From positions 1-45,052 of the IMG/VR virus record IMGVR_UViG_3300024187_000011: a stretch of DNA of 45,052 nt; one strand, written 5' to 3'. The notes under the pieces are model-generated. The model saw only the letters and a program-made list of their open reading frames with translations, was not told the DNA's origin and did not search any database. Source of the stretch: a virus. Its lineage: Duplodnaviria; Caudoviricetes. Position numbers and translations under genes: made by a program. Shown in pieces: positions 8,231-18,600 of the stretch. Within the stretch, counting starts at the first letter, position 1. Every line of letters begins with the position of its first letter.

Positions 8231-8389
8231 TTACGGATTCGTGCCGGGTCCACCCGGAGGGGGCGGTCCTCCGGATCCACCTTCGTTCGGCGGATCGTCT
8301 TCGGTTCCGGTGTACGGTTTCTTTGGGGGCTTCGACGGGGGTTGCTTCGGCTGTTTCGGATCGAGCGGAGGTTTTGGTTTGTCCGACAT
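8231..8389 (-). CDS. Proline/glycine-rich 52-aa peptide
   Basis: MSDKPKPPLDPKQPKQPPSKPPKKPYTGTEDDPPNEGGSGGPPPPGGPGTNP; TAGAAT-N7-ATG leaderless signal. Confidence 0.6.
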   Translation of the reverse strand: MSDKPKPPLDPKQPKQPPSKPPKKPYTGTEDDPPNEGGSGGPPPPGGPGTNP

Positions 8390-8411
8390 GCGGACTATTC
8401 TAGCGGAATTA

Positions 8412-8702
8412 TCAGCACCACAAACGCGAGTACCACGGGAGACGCTTAAAATCTCGCGCACCCGCCGCGCATCCCGCAGAATAGCCTTCCCAGTAGGCTT
8501 TGGTGGCGGCTGAGAGGCGATCCTTACAGACTGGGCACAACAGGGTCAGCCGTCCGAGACTTCCAACCGGGTGACACTCCAAGCCCTCGGTCGCGTCGCA
8601 ATACTTGCACGGTTCTCCCTTGTGTTGCTCGGTCCAGATCCTAATCGCCTCTTCGTTCTCCGCAGAAAGTCGTGCGATTAAATCGTGATCGGCCTCAGTC
8701 AT
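8412..8702 (-). CDS. Hypothetical Zn-finger-like protein
   Basis: CKYC...CPVC; coupled to upstream gene. Confidence 0.6.
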   Translation of the reverse strand: MTEADHDLIARLSAENEEAIRIWTEQHKGEPCKYCDATEGLECHPVGSLGRLTLLCPVCKDRLSAATKAYWEGYSAGCAAGARDFKRLPWYSRLWC

Positions 8703-8941
8703 CGCACCCTCCGCAAACGATTCTTGAACTCCACTGCCGCCAGAAAATACAGCGCGTGCAGCCGGGTTGCTTCGCTCAACTCACCTTTAGGATATCCCGC
8801 TTTCTTAACCACTGCGGACCAGAACGGCCCTTGACCGAGCGCGACTTTCTGAGCATCCACGAACCGCACGCCTTCTTCATGCATCACACGCGCCATCGCG
8901 AGCGCTTTCACGATTCGATTGCTGGCTTCTTGGTTTGTCAT
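8699..8941 (-). CDS. Hypothetical protein
   Basis: 80 aa in early operon. Confidence 0.6.
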   Translation of the reverse strand: MTNQEASNRIVKALAMARVMHEEGVRFVDAQKVALGQGPFWSAVVKKAGYPKGELSEATRLHALYFLAAVEFKNRLRRVR

Positions 8942-8947
8942 CGGAAT

Positions 8948-9175
8948 TTACCGGTGAATCCGCAAGATATCCTCGGCATCCATGTGACCGCCGATAACAG
9001 CGAGCAGTTCCTGCGCCAGCTCAAGACGACCTTTTGCGTACCACCTATCATCCGAACGGCCCGCCCTTGTGTAATCGGCACACTGCTTGCCAGCCTGTTG
9101 CTTGACCTCTTCGATCAAGAGACGCAGCCCGTCGTATGCGCTCGGCCCGTTCACTTCTTTGTTGATATTTTCCAT
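8948..9175 (-). CDS. Hypothetical early protein, leaderless
   Basis: ATG 6 nt after the -10 box of the repeated promoter. Confidence 0.7.
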   Translation of the reverse strand: MENINKEVNGPSAYDGLRLLIEEVKQQAGKQCADYTRAGRSDDRWYAKGRLELAQELLAVIGGHMDAEDILRIHR

Positions 9176-9227
9176 GCATCAAGTATGCTCCTGGATATCC
9201 TGCGGTGCAATCGGTTGAACACCTTAG
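9176..9227 (-). promoter_or_regulatory. Sigma70-type leaderless promoter with GGATATCC in spacer (copy 3)
   Basis: CTAAGG-N11-TTGCAC-17 nt-CATACT-6 nt-ATG; 21-nt core CAAGTATGCTCCTGGATATCC identical to copy 1. Confidence 0.8.
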
Positions 9228-9233
9228 AAAGTA

Positions 9234-10400
9234 CTAGAACCCGTAAGGTGTGTTACCGCCGCAATCGTAGGATAAGTTCGCCATCGTGCTCACCCGCTGC
9301 ACAAATATTTGCGAAACGTGCACGTCGGCGCTATCCGATTCGACGCCCCATCGCGCTTCGCTAATCCCGCCGTCCGTCCAGAACGTGCTCGTAGCCGGGT
9401 CCGTCTCTGAGATTCCCAGGTAGGTGAAATAATCGTCCAGCCAGGTCAGGCCAGGAAGCTGAACCGCTCGCGTCCCAAGCGTCGGCTGTGCGAGCTGCGT
9501 TACCACGCTGCCCTGCGACACTATGAGCTGAACCGTCGGGCTACCGGTCACGGGTTTCGCGACGACCGACAGCGCCAGGCCCAGCACACGCCCGACACAG
9601 GGGCTTTCGGTGAGTTGAAACAAGGCCCGCTGGCCGGCTCCGGTCGGCTGAAGGTACCCTTTGTCCCCGTCTGGGTAGCCGAATAAACCCGGTGGAGGGT
9701 TCCCCAGGCGGTCATAGACGCATTTCAAGGCGTCGGTTTGCAGGTTGACCGTCCATGCGTTCGACTGCGTGGCGGTAGGATACACGCTATCCACGCGCCA
9801 GGGATACGGCAGGAAATCGTTGTTCAGGCTGCCTTGACCGTCGCAGATGACGTAATTGTCGAGATTCAGCCCCGGATTGCCCGTCTGCCAGCGGTGCATG
9901 AACCGATCCGGATCCCGCCAGACGTTTGGCACTCCAGTTGCAACTTCAACGCCATCGACCCGGATGGTGTAGGCTCCCGACGTAATCTTGATCTGCAGCG
10001 CCGCCCAGACTCCCACCGGGAACGGCCCGATGGTCGCCAGCACCGTAGCTGCGGATCCGCGAAACTCAACGTATCCGGTCGTGCGCTGCCGAAGATCGAA
10101 CAACACTCCGGTTCCGTCGCTGATCCGGTAAAATACCGAGTCGGCCCAAATCTGCGGTTGCGGGTCACTGCCCTGTCTCAGCGGCCGGAACCAGAAATTG
10201 ATGATCCAAGTCGGCTGCGCGTCGATCAGCTTTTCGTAATCCGCCTCACCCCCTGCCGTGTTGAAGATCCACCAGGACTGGCCGGATTGTTGCTGGCCGG
10301 TAAGCATCGAGCCTTGCGAAAAAATGCCGCTGTTGATGGTGTACGGCACACCTGAAGCCGTGAACGCGAATAGGTCGAAGCCCTCAATGTGGCGGATCAT
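9234..10400 (-). CDS. Minor tail protein, concanavalin A/LamG-like beta-sandwich
   Basis: IEGFD N-terminus, W...LQIKI...IRVDGVEV...LDNYVICDGQG pattern; last gene of tail module. Confidence 0.6.
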   Translation of the reverse strand: MIRHIEGFDLFAFTASGVPYTINSGIFSQGSMLTGQQQSGQSWWIFNTAGGEADYEKLIDAQPTWIINFWFRPLRQGSDPQPQIWADSVFYRISDGTGVLFDLRQRTTGYVEFRGSAATVLATIGPFPVGVWAALQIKITSGAYTIRVDGVEVATGVPNVWRDPDRFMHRWQTGNPGLNLDNYVICDGQGSLNNDFLPYPWRVDSVYPTATQSNAWTVNLQTDALKCVYDRLGNPPPGLFGYPDGDKGYLQPTGAGQRALFQLTESPCVGRVLGLALSVVAKPVTGSPTVQLIVSQGSVVTQLAQPTLGTRAVQLPGLTWLDDYFTYLGISETDPATSTFWTDGGISEARWGVESDSADVHVSQIFVQRVSTMANLSYDCGGNTPYGF

Positions 10401-12580
10401 ATCGCGTGCGAAATTGTCGCGGTCACATGACGCGCGGCTACCGGGTTCGCCCCAATGTTGATGTACAGCGCCGTCGCGGTCAGCGATTGATTCGTGTCCA
10501 CGTAAAGCGGCGTTGCGGTGTCGAACAGTTCAATGATGAAGATGTTGGCCGCGTCGGTGCTGGCGAGTACGATATCTCCGACCGGAACGTTGTCGACGTA
10601 GAAAGTGATTTGCAGGTCCTGATCTTCCGGAGGAAAACCTGCTGCGATCCGCATCGCGTACAATTTTCCGGGCCGCTCGATCGGTACCGGGTTTTCTATC
10701 GGCGTCGCCCCGATAATGTTCGCGCCGCTCTGGATGATGAAGGCGTGCGTTTCAAGCTGGATGATCGGTTTTGGCTGTTCGGTTCTGCGAATGACGCGCT
10801 CGAACCACTTCACCCAATTGCCGGGGTCCTGATTGCTCCGTGCAGTGACCATCCACCGATAGGTGCAACTCTGCCCCAAAGTCGAGCCTACCGAGTGGCC
10901 GGCCACCGAAGTAATCAGAAACTGTCTCGACGTCAGACCGATCAGCGGGATATTCACGTCAAGCAGTTGACCAGGCTGCAGACCGTGGCGCAGCACTTCA
11001 AATTGAATTTCTGTTGGAACGCCCCCGGCTTTCGTCAGGATTGACGCCGCGAGCGCGGTCAAGTCTTCGGCGAACTCGATATCCTGAACTTGTTCCACGG
11101 CTTCATAGAGTCCAGACCCGCACTGTCCAAGCGTCGGATCTACAGGTACAAGCGCTTCGCCTTCGTCGCTCACAACGTTCGTTGTGGTGGAAATGTAGAT
11201 AATCTCGATTACGTCTCCGTTTGACAGAACTCCCGAAATGCTGGGGAAGACAAATTGTTCGAGCCGGTAAAAATACCAGTCTGTCGCGTTGGTTCCGTAG
11301 GGCGGGCTCGATGGTTCGTTGATGTCGTAGTGATTCTTCGAAACCCCGTTCACCTTCACCGAAACGATTGCAGAGATTGGGAAGTTGAGCAGAATGTACC
11401 CGAACGGGAACCCGGCATTGAACGCAGCCTCTTGTCCATTCGGGCCGAGCGTGTACGATTCGGTCGTCTGTGGGCCCCCCGCCCCCTCCGGTCGGATGTT
11501 GCGATTCGAAACCACGTACTGCTTATTGCGATAGTCCTGAAGCGTCGTGAACACCTGCAGGCCCTGCGGTGAGCCTTGCCCGCCGCTCCAATTCTGCGAC
11601 GTTTCCGTGAGTGAGAAGGGCGCGGCCGGCAGATCGAGCAAGGCTGAAAAGTGCAAGTCTCCGTTGATGTCTACCCACCACACCGTTGCTGTGCGGGTTG
11701 CGATTTCATCGAACGCAGAGCGGACGGTCTGATAGTTCAACGGAAGCTCGGTTACGAGCGCGCCGAGCGTGAGCGGAACGTTTACAGACGTGATCCCCTC
11801 ACCGTCCAGGTAGTTCGTCACGATATGCCGAATGACGTCTGCACCGTCTGAGTCTGCCGTGTAGAGCGCTTTTTTAACAACTCTGCGGTCACAGATGCCG
11901 CTCTTGTCGGTTGCCGTGATTTCGAATGTGAACGCGCCGACCGTTCCAAGATATCTCTGCGCTCTCACGGATTGAATGCAGCCCGCAAAGAGCTTGTACC
12001 CGTACTCCTGAATCGTGATCGACAGCCCCACGCCGCCGTTGGCTCCCGAGAAAAGCGCAAGGATTGTCCCGCTCGAATCGAAGAGCGTTACGTTGGCCGT
12101 CCACCGGCCAATGGTCTGCGATTGAATGCTGGCGCGTTCTTCCAGATGGTAGGAGCTGAGATTCACGCCGCCGATGTACAGCTGCGTCGATTGATCTCCG
12201 CCTACGATCGTGGGCGCCGCGCTCTGCGGTGGAGGGTCGCTCGGAGGTAAGGTGATCTGCCGGTACCCTCCCGCAACGAATGCCGCGGCTGCGTCTGCTG
12301 CTGCTGTGACCGTGCCGGCGATAACGGCGTGCCCGACAAATGCTGCCGCGCCTTCTGCTGCCGCAGTAAAGGAATCGGGTATCGTTGCCGTCGATGAGAA
12401 TGAAGCCGCGCCTGTAGCGGCTGCTGTGATCGATTCGGCTACGGTGAGCTGAGCAACGAATGCCGCCGCCGCGCTCGCCGCGACTGTAATCGAATCGCCG
12501 CCCGTATCACCAAAGAACGGGAGTCTGCCGCTGCGCTTGCCGCCCGGCTCGGATTCGAGCCTGATTTCGGCGATGCGCAC
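10397..12580 (-). CDS. Minor tail / hub-like protein with N-terminal Ala-rich repeats
   Basis: 727 aa; LFAGCIQSV, WWVDINGDLHF, GLQPGQLLDVN motifs typical of tail-associated proteins. Confidence 0.65.
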   Translation of the reverse strand: MRIAEIRLESEPGGKRSGRLPFFGDTGGDSITVAASAAAAFVAQLTVAESITAAATGAASFSSTATIPDSFTAAAEGAAAFVGHAVIAGTVTAAADAAAAFVAGGYRQITLPPSDPPPQSAAPTIVGGDQSTQLYIGGVNLSSYHLEERASIQSQTIGRWTANVTLFDSSGTILALFSGANGGVGLSITIQEYGYKLFAGCIQSVRAQRYLGTVGAFTFEITATDKSGICDRRVVKKALYTADSDGADVIRHIVTNYLDGEGITSVNVPLTLGALVTELPLNYQTVRSAFDEIATRTATVWWVDINGDLHFSALLDLPAAPFSLTETSQNWSGGQGSPQGLQVFTTLQDYRNKQYVVSNRNIRPEGAGGPQTTESYTLGPNGQEAAFNAGFPFGYILLNFPISAIVSVKVNGVSKNHYDINEPSSPPYGTNATDWYFYRLEQFVFPSISGVLSNGDVIEIIYISTTTNVVSDEGEALVPVDPTLGQCGSGLYEAVEQVQDIEFAEDLTALAASILTKAGGVPTEIQFEVLRHGLQPGQLLDVNIPLIGLTSRQFLITSVAGHSVGSTLGQSCTYRWMVTARSNQDPGNWVKWFERVIRRTEQPKPIIQLETHAFIIQSGANIIGATPIENPVPIERPGKLYAMRIAAGFPPEDQDLQITFYVDNVPVGDIVLASTDAANIFIIELFDTATPLYVDTNQSLTATALYINIGANPVAARHVTATISHAI

Positions 12581-12583
12581 CGA

Positions 12584-13060
12584 TTATCCTCCAAGCTCTT
12601 CGACTGTGACCGTCCCGCTCAGTACCCAGTTTGCTGATGGTGCGGTGATCAACTCAAACACGAAAGATTCGCTCGGCCCGACGATCGGGGGTTTCGCGAA
12701 CGAATAGCTGTAGCCGGCGTACAGGTGCGCTCCGTCTTCGCGGATCTTTACCGCCGTTCCGCTTGTCGTGGCCGGCGTTGTGCTGTTCGCCAGAGCCGTG
12801 AAGCTGGCCGCGGCATCGCCGGGATCAGTCTTCTGTGGAGTCGGGGTCGATCCACCTGAACCATCGGTTACTGTGGCCGGAAGGAATCGCATACGCAGCG
12901 CCATCATCTGCGCTGTGGGAAGCGTCGAGTCAGCCGAAGACACGCTGCATTCCTTGATCAGCAGAATCTTCCCCGCCGCGCCTTTGATCTGGAAGAGATC
13001 CTGAACCGCCGAGACGGTCACCTTCTCGAAAACGACGGTGTAAACGCGTCCGATGGCCAT
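12584..13060 (-). CDS. Putative virion (tail) protein
   Basis: 158 aa beta-rich protein ending VTVEELGG, within tail module. Confidence 0.65.
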   Translation of the reverse strand: MAIGRVYTVVFEKVTVSAVQDLFQIKGAAGKILLIKECSVSSADSTLPTAQMMALRMRFLPATVTDGSGGSTPTPQKTDPGDAAASFTALANSTTPATTSGTAVKIREDGAHLYAGYSYSFAKPPIVGPSESFVFELITAPSANWVLSGTVTVEELGG

Positions 13061-14470
13061 TTAATAAATCTCCTCTGTGATTATACGGTTGATCGTGGGT
13101 GCAACGATTACCGTTGTGGTGCTGGGCGTGTCCTGATGCTGCAAGGGTCCGAGATCGGCATATCCTGTCCCGCCAACGGTCAGCACTCCAGGGAATCCCG
13201 CCGCGCGACACGCCGCGCCCGCACCCGCAGTGTTGTTCAGCGCGAAATTGTTGGAACCGCCCGCGACTGTCGGATCACCCGTCAAAGTGACATCGTGCGC
13301 GCCACTCGGATAAAGCGTGTTAGTGACCAGCGCGTTGTAATCCGCGAAGACGCTTCCGGCAACTGGTTGATTGGTCACGAACAGGATATCTTTACCGGAG
13401 TTTCCCCATGCGATGTTATTCACAAACACGACAGGCTTGACAATCGAACTTCCAAACCGGAATCCGTCGCGGCCGTTCGCATAGGCCAGGCACTGATAAA
13501 CAACCAGGTCCCCGGCGTTTCCATTCATCGGGCTCGCGCCGCCGAATCCGTCGCTCGAACCTCCCGAATTATTCGCCGAGATGCATCGGATCAAGATGCT
13601 GGCTTGTACAGTGAAGCCGACGCCGGTATTCGAGTATGCGATGCATTCGATGAACGTGTTGTGTCCATTTCCACCGTCGCAGTTGAAGCCGTTCACTGAA
13701 GCCGTGACGATGCAGCGCACGCATTTCGAATCGCGACTGGTGAACGTGATTCCGGTTCCAAGGCAGTTGATTGCTTTGCAGTTTTCCATCTGCAAGCCGC
13801 CTGAGTTGCAGGTTGATCCGCTCACTCCAGTACGGGAGTTTCCATCGAAAATGAAGTTCTTGACGACTAGCGAATTGGGCGAGCACGTAAAAATGGTATA
13901 GGAGCTTCCCGACGTCGCCTGGATGGTGACGTAGCCGTTATCCGTGCGGGAGCTGGTGTATCCGATGAGCTGGGACGCGTAGCCGCTCGCGGTTCCGTTC
14001 GGAGAAAACGTGAGCGTAGCGCCTACGGTGATCGTGGCCTCGGCTTTGACGTAGACGATTTGCCCGATCGCGCTTTGGTTCGCCGTCGTCAAGATCGTGT
14101 GCATCGCACCGATGGTCTGCTTTGCGCCGCCGATATTCGCCGTTCCAGACGCGACCGCACCAGTGCACCAGTTACGATCAACCGTGATCGAGACTCCCAC
14201 GACGACCGAAATGATCTGATAATGCCCCGTTGTAGCGTTCGTCCCACCGGTGACGTTGATTATGTTGTCTTTCATGTCGGCCGCAGCCGACGCTGTAAGA
14301 ATGACGGCGTTAGCCGCCGAGCTGGTGAGGCCGCTCAGCGCGTACTGAGCCGCGTTCTGCTGGCTCCAGTCAGTGCCAGGTGAAGCTTGGCCGGGCACGA
14401 AGCCGCCGCTGTTGGTGTCGACTCCGTTGGTCGGTCGAACTTCCCAGACGCATGTTGCGGCAATGGCCAT
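13061..14470 (-). CDS. Right-handed beta-helix (pectin-lyase-like) tail protein
   Basis: Repeated xxCxAxxNxGxGF units (NCKAINCLGTGI, ECIAYSNTGVGF, RCISANNSG, QCLAYANGRDGF). Confidence 0.7.
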   Translation of the reverse strand: MAIAATCVWEVRPTNGVDTNSGGFVPGQASPGTDWSQQNAAQYALSGLTSSAANAVILTASAAADMKDNIINVTGGTNATTGHYQIISVVVGVSITVDRNWCTGAVASGTANIGGAKQTIGAMHTILTTANQSAIGQIVYVKAEATITVGATLTFSPNGTASGYASQLIGYTSSRTDNGYVTIQATSGSSYTIFTCSPNSLVVKNFIFDGNSRTGVSGSTCNSGGLQMENCKAINCLGTGITFTSRDSKCVRCIVTASVNGFNCDGGNGHNTFIECIAYSNTGVGFTVQASILIRCISANNSGGSSDGFGGASPMNGNAGDLVVYQCLAYANGRDGFRFGSSIVKPVVFVNNIAWGNSGKDILFVTNQPVAGSVFADYNALVTNTLYPSGAHDVTLTGDPTVAGGSNNFALNNTAGAGAACRAAGFPGVLTVGGTGYADLGPLQHQDTPSTTTVIVAPTINRIITEEIY

Positions 14471-14472
14471 CG

Positions 14473-15045
14473 TTACGCGCTCGCGAGAGTCAGCGTTACC
14501 TGAACGGTGAGTGTATCGCCACTGACGAAGCTGCGCGGCGATCCAAAAGAGCCTTCGCCGTAGATTTTCCCTGACGTGCCGGCCTTGGTGGAGTTGGTCA
14601 CCACGAAACCACCGTTGATCGTCTTGGTAGCGTTGATGCTGAACGTTGCCAGAGACGCGACGTTATCGATTGACCCGGCTGATGCAGTGCCGAGCGTGAG
14701 CGCCGGCCGCGTGGCTTGCGAATACGCCGTGCATTCAATCCACTGGTTTGTCCCGTTGATCTGCGCCGCCGTGTCCCCGACTGCCAGAGCCGTGAAGCTC
14801 GCGTTGTCGACCAGCCCGACGAAGAATGCCGCGGTATAGCTCGACCCCTTCAGATACTGCGTCAGCGCATCGTTGCGGCCTTCCGTCGTCGTCAGGTTTT
14901 CGAAGCCGTCGACCCATTTCAACTTACCGTTGCGGTCGTAGCACCGAAAGACGAATGTGTTGCGAGTGACGGCGCCCACTCTCATTCCGCGGTCGCTCTT
15001 TCGCCGAGCTTCGAAGCGTTCCGTACTACGCGCTTTGATCTGCAA
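14473..15045 (-). CDS. Putative virion (tail) protein
   Basis: DRNGKLKWVDGFENLTTTEGRN...SGDTLTVQVTL; TTG start with GAGGA RBS chosen (alternative 14985). Confidence 0.65.
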   Translation of the reverse strand: MQIKARSTERFEARRKSDRGMRVGAVTRNTFVFRCYDRNGKLKWVDGFENLTTTEGRNDALTQYLKGSSYTAAFFVGLVDNASFTALAVGDTAAQINGTNQWIECTAYSQATRPALTLGTASAGSIDNVASLATFSINATKTINGGFVVTNSTKAGTSGKIYGEGSFGSPRSFVSGDTLTVQVTLTLASA

Positions 15046-15238
15046 CGGGTTCCTCTTTCTCGGCCAGCTTCGCCTCGATCGCTTTGTGGAAGTCACGCGC
15101 CGCCGCTGCGTTCGTCACAGCGAGTTGAATCAGGTCAGCTTCGTGCTCTTCGTGAAAGATTCCCACGCGGGCCCCTGCGACCTTCGCGGCCTCGGCGGTC
15201 TGCTCGGCCAATTGTCGGAGCTGGTGAACGTTCAGCAT
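15026..15238 (-). CDS. Hypothetical protein
   Basis: 70 aa helical ORF in tail module. Confidence 0.6.
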   Translation of the reverse strand: MLNVHQLRQLAEQTAEAAKVAGARVGIFHEEHEADLIQLAVTNAAAARDFHKAIEAKLAEKEEPVADQSA

Positions 15239-15245
15239 CGCCCTA

Positions 15246-15638
15246 TCATACTTGGAAATACCCCGTTGTTGGGTCGGGTTGCACGGTCACGTCAAGCCCG
15301 TTAGGAATCGTTGGAAGATTCGACGCCGTGTCGATGAAGTACAACAGCCGCGAAGTTGCGTCGTTGCCGGTGTCCTGCACGATATACAACTTCGCCACGG
15401 TCGATCCCGTGAGTAGCGCGAAGAGCGCCGCATCACCCTTCAGGATTCCGCCCGTGTCAGATTTTCCGCTGATGGCCGCAGATCGCGCGACGATTCCAGT
15501 GAGCGATGAAACGAACACGTGCGCCGCGTTGTAGCTGTACGCAGAAGTGAGCGCGATGATTTTGATTGTGTCGGATTTCCAATCGATCAGCGCTTCGGCG
15601 AAAGCTTCGCGTGCATTTGGGTTGAGCCGATTCGCCAT
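15246..15638 (-). CDS. Putative virion (tail) protein
   Basis: IDWKSDTIKI...DTGNDATSRLLYFID...PNGLDVTV pattern seen in phage tail modules. Confidence 0.65.
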   Translation of the reverse strand: MANRLNPNAREAFAEALIDWKSDTIKIIALTSAYSYNAAHVFVSSLTGIVARSAAISGKSDTGGILKGDAALFALLTGSTVAKLYIVQDTGNDATSRLLYFIDTASNLPTIPNGLDVTVQPDPTTGYFQV

Positions 15639-15639
15639 G

Positions 15640-18600
15640 CTAAACCTTCAGCCCCGCGTTAGTACGAAGGATCGTCGTAAACTGCGTTGCGATGCGGTTC
15701 GTCAAGCTGTTCACGGTGTTCTGATCCATGATATTGTTCCCGCTCACGTTGATCGTGACTCCACCACCTGCCGGCTGCATCATCACGGCTGGGCTCGCGC
15801 CGCCCGTCCAGTTCTGAAAACCGCCGATGCGATTTGTTCCGTTAATCCCAAAACCGTAATTGGGTTGTGGGAATAAATCGGAAAACTGTGGATCGTTCAA
15901 AGGATTGTTGGCATTCCGTGCCTGCTGCTGAGCGAAGGTAAGTAAGCTGTATGCCTCATAGGTCATGATCTCGGAGTTGTGCCCGAACGAATAAACCGCA
16001 TCCGTGTAGGCGTTAGACAATTCCTGAAGTCTTTTCTGCTCGGCTGCGGACGCTGCATTTCGGGCGAGCCGCTCTTGCTCCATCTGCTCTTCGTATTTCC
16101 TCTGAGCTTCGGCCAGTTGCTCCGTAGTCTGACGAAGCGATACCCACTGAGTGTTGAATCCCCCGAGTCCGTTCGGCGTCAGCTTCGCGACCATTCCGTT
16201 GACTTGCTGGTTGAAATCGTAGAGCGTTCCGTAAACATCCCGGACCACACCAGACAAGCCCGAAGTTTGTCCACTGGCCAGCGCCGCCGAAACTCTCTGC
16301 GCTTCTGCTGAGCGATCCATCATGGCTTGGTACTCGGCGTTGATCTTGGCCTGGTATTCATCGAAGGCTTTCTGCGCTGCTTCGTTGCTGAAAGACGTCC
16401 CAGGTTCTACCGTTGAAACAAACTGCTGCGCTCCTACTCCGACAGATCCACCGATCTTCACAACGGCGCTTGTGATTACGTCCGCTGCCGATCCCATGCC
16501 ATACGCCAGACTCTGCGCCGCCTGGGTTGCATCGTAGAAGTTCTGGCCGAGTCGCAGAAGGTTGTTTGTGATTTGCGATCGAACCGTAGACTGTACGTCC
16601 TCCGTGGAGTTGCGCATCATCTCGGCGAACTTGGCGTTTTCTTCTGCAACCGTGCCGGTGGTTTTCGAGAAAGTGCTCGTGGTTCCATACACCTTGTCGA
16701 GCGCAGTATTCAGATCATCTGCGGTGCTGGAAGCTGCGGTCGCCAGCCCGCCCAGTGCATCGCTGGCTTGCTTGCTCCCAATTGTCATAGCACCTACTGC
16801 GTCGCTGTACGGGATCGCGCTATGGCTTAAAAAATCCTTCCACCAGTTTTGAGATTCTTTCACGGTCATCCACAAGCCGTTCACCTGAATCATCACGTCA
16901 TCGTACTTTCCGGTTGCGGTTTCGACGGCTTTGGTGTGGTCTGCCAGCGCATCGGCGTCGGCTTTCATCTTGGCTTTCAGGATCTCCGCAGCATCGCCGA
17001 ACGACGCCGCCAAGTCACCGAACAAATCCTCAAAGTTTGATTTTTCTTTTTCATCGAATGCTTTCTTATATTCGGGTGAAATGAAATTGTTGTTTCCAAT
17101 TTCGATATAGCCGAGAGCGCGCGCCGCCAGGGATATCTGACTGGAGAGCGCACCCATCTGCGCCAACATCGCGATGAAAGTTTCACCCGAAACGGTCATG
17201 CCGTTCATGCCTTCCATGAACGAGCCCTTCATCTTGTCGGTCGCCATCGAGACGACGTGACCGGTTTCGGTCGCCTGCGAAGCGACCCGTTTGAGTGAAG
17301 TCGCGTGATCGTTCAGCTTACCGGTGGTCAGATCGACCTGTGCTTGCTGTGTCGCCTGCACCTTTCCGAGAGACTCCGTAGAATCGGCCGCTTTTTTGGC
17401 AGCTCCGCTCAATCCTTCAAGCACTTCGGTTGCAGTTTTCCATACTCCCTCGGTGTAGATCATCGCTTCGCCGGATTTTCCGACCGAGCCGGTCATGGAG
17501 TCGAGCGCTTCTTTCGCTCCCCTGGTTACCAGGACGCCGTTTTCCATTGTGGTCGTGAAGCCGGTCGCTTCCTTGGAAGCCTCACGCCACACAATCACAC
17601 CGTTTTCAAGCGTCTGGTGCCAGCCAGTCGTTACAGTATTAGCCGCTTCTATGGCTCGCTTTAATCCCTCCAGTTGATTGATATTTCCGATAATTTCATC
17701 CTGCTGCGCCTTCAGCGCAGCGCTGGTGCTGGCCGGGCCTTCGAGCGCGTCGGCCATTTTCTTCAGCGCTGCAACGGTTTTGTCGATCGAGATTCCTTTT
17801 TCTTTGATCGCCGCGGCTGCTTCCTGAACACTTCCAGTCCACACTTCCCAGGGAATCGTGCCCCACAACTTGATATACTTCTCGATCGCGATTCCGGTGG
17901 TCTGCATAGACAAAGCCTGTGCATCGAAAGCCTTCGTGGTGGTTCCAATCTCCGGGTGTGCATCTTTCAAGGCTTTCTGCAGAGCGATATACGCGCGATT
18001 GACTTCATCCTGCGTCGCGATTCCATCGGCCATTTCCTTGACCAGTCGCTTGTAGGTTGCCTGCGCGATATCCAGAACAGCGTTGGCGTCAGCCTGCGCT
18101 TCTTTGATCGCGTCGATCTTCTGCTTGACGACATCGAATGCAGCGCCGCCTGACGTGAACTCCCCGAGCGCTTTCGGGAGTTTTGCAAAGTCCGTCGTTA
18201 CTCCATCGATCGCCCCGCTGAGATCCTTGAACTGCGTCTTGTAGCCGGGGATCTTGTTCACCAATCGATCAAGCGCCGAAACGTATCGCTCGATGCCGTC
18301 CGACGCCTTCGGGTCAAAAGTTGGCAGCTCCAGCTTTTCCTTCGCGGTTTGGTTGTACTTTTCGATGGTCGAAACCAGCACCTTAATCCGTGCGGCCTGA
18401 TCGTCCATCCCCTTTCCCATCGCTGCCGCCGCCGCTTCCATTCCCTGCGTGCTTCGAACGAAGTCCGCCTGCAGCGCTTCAATCTTGGCCATGCCCTCGG
18501 CCCAGCCGATCGCTGCGCCGGTCGCTGCAGCCGCTACGACCAATGCGAGGGGCGCCAGAGACATCAGCGCGGCCTTCATCGTGATCGCCGCTGTGCTCGT

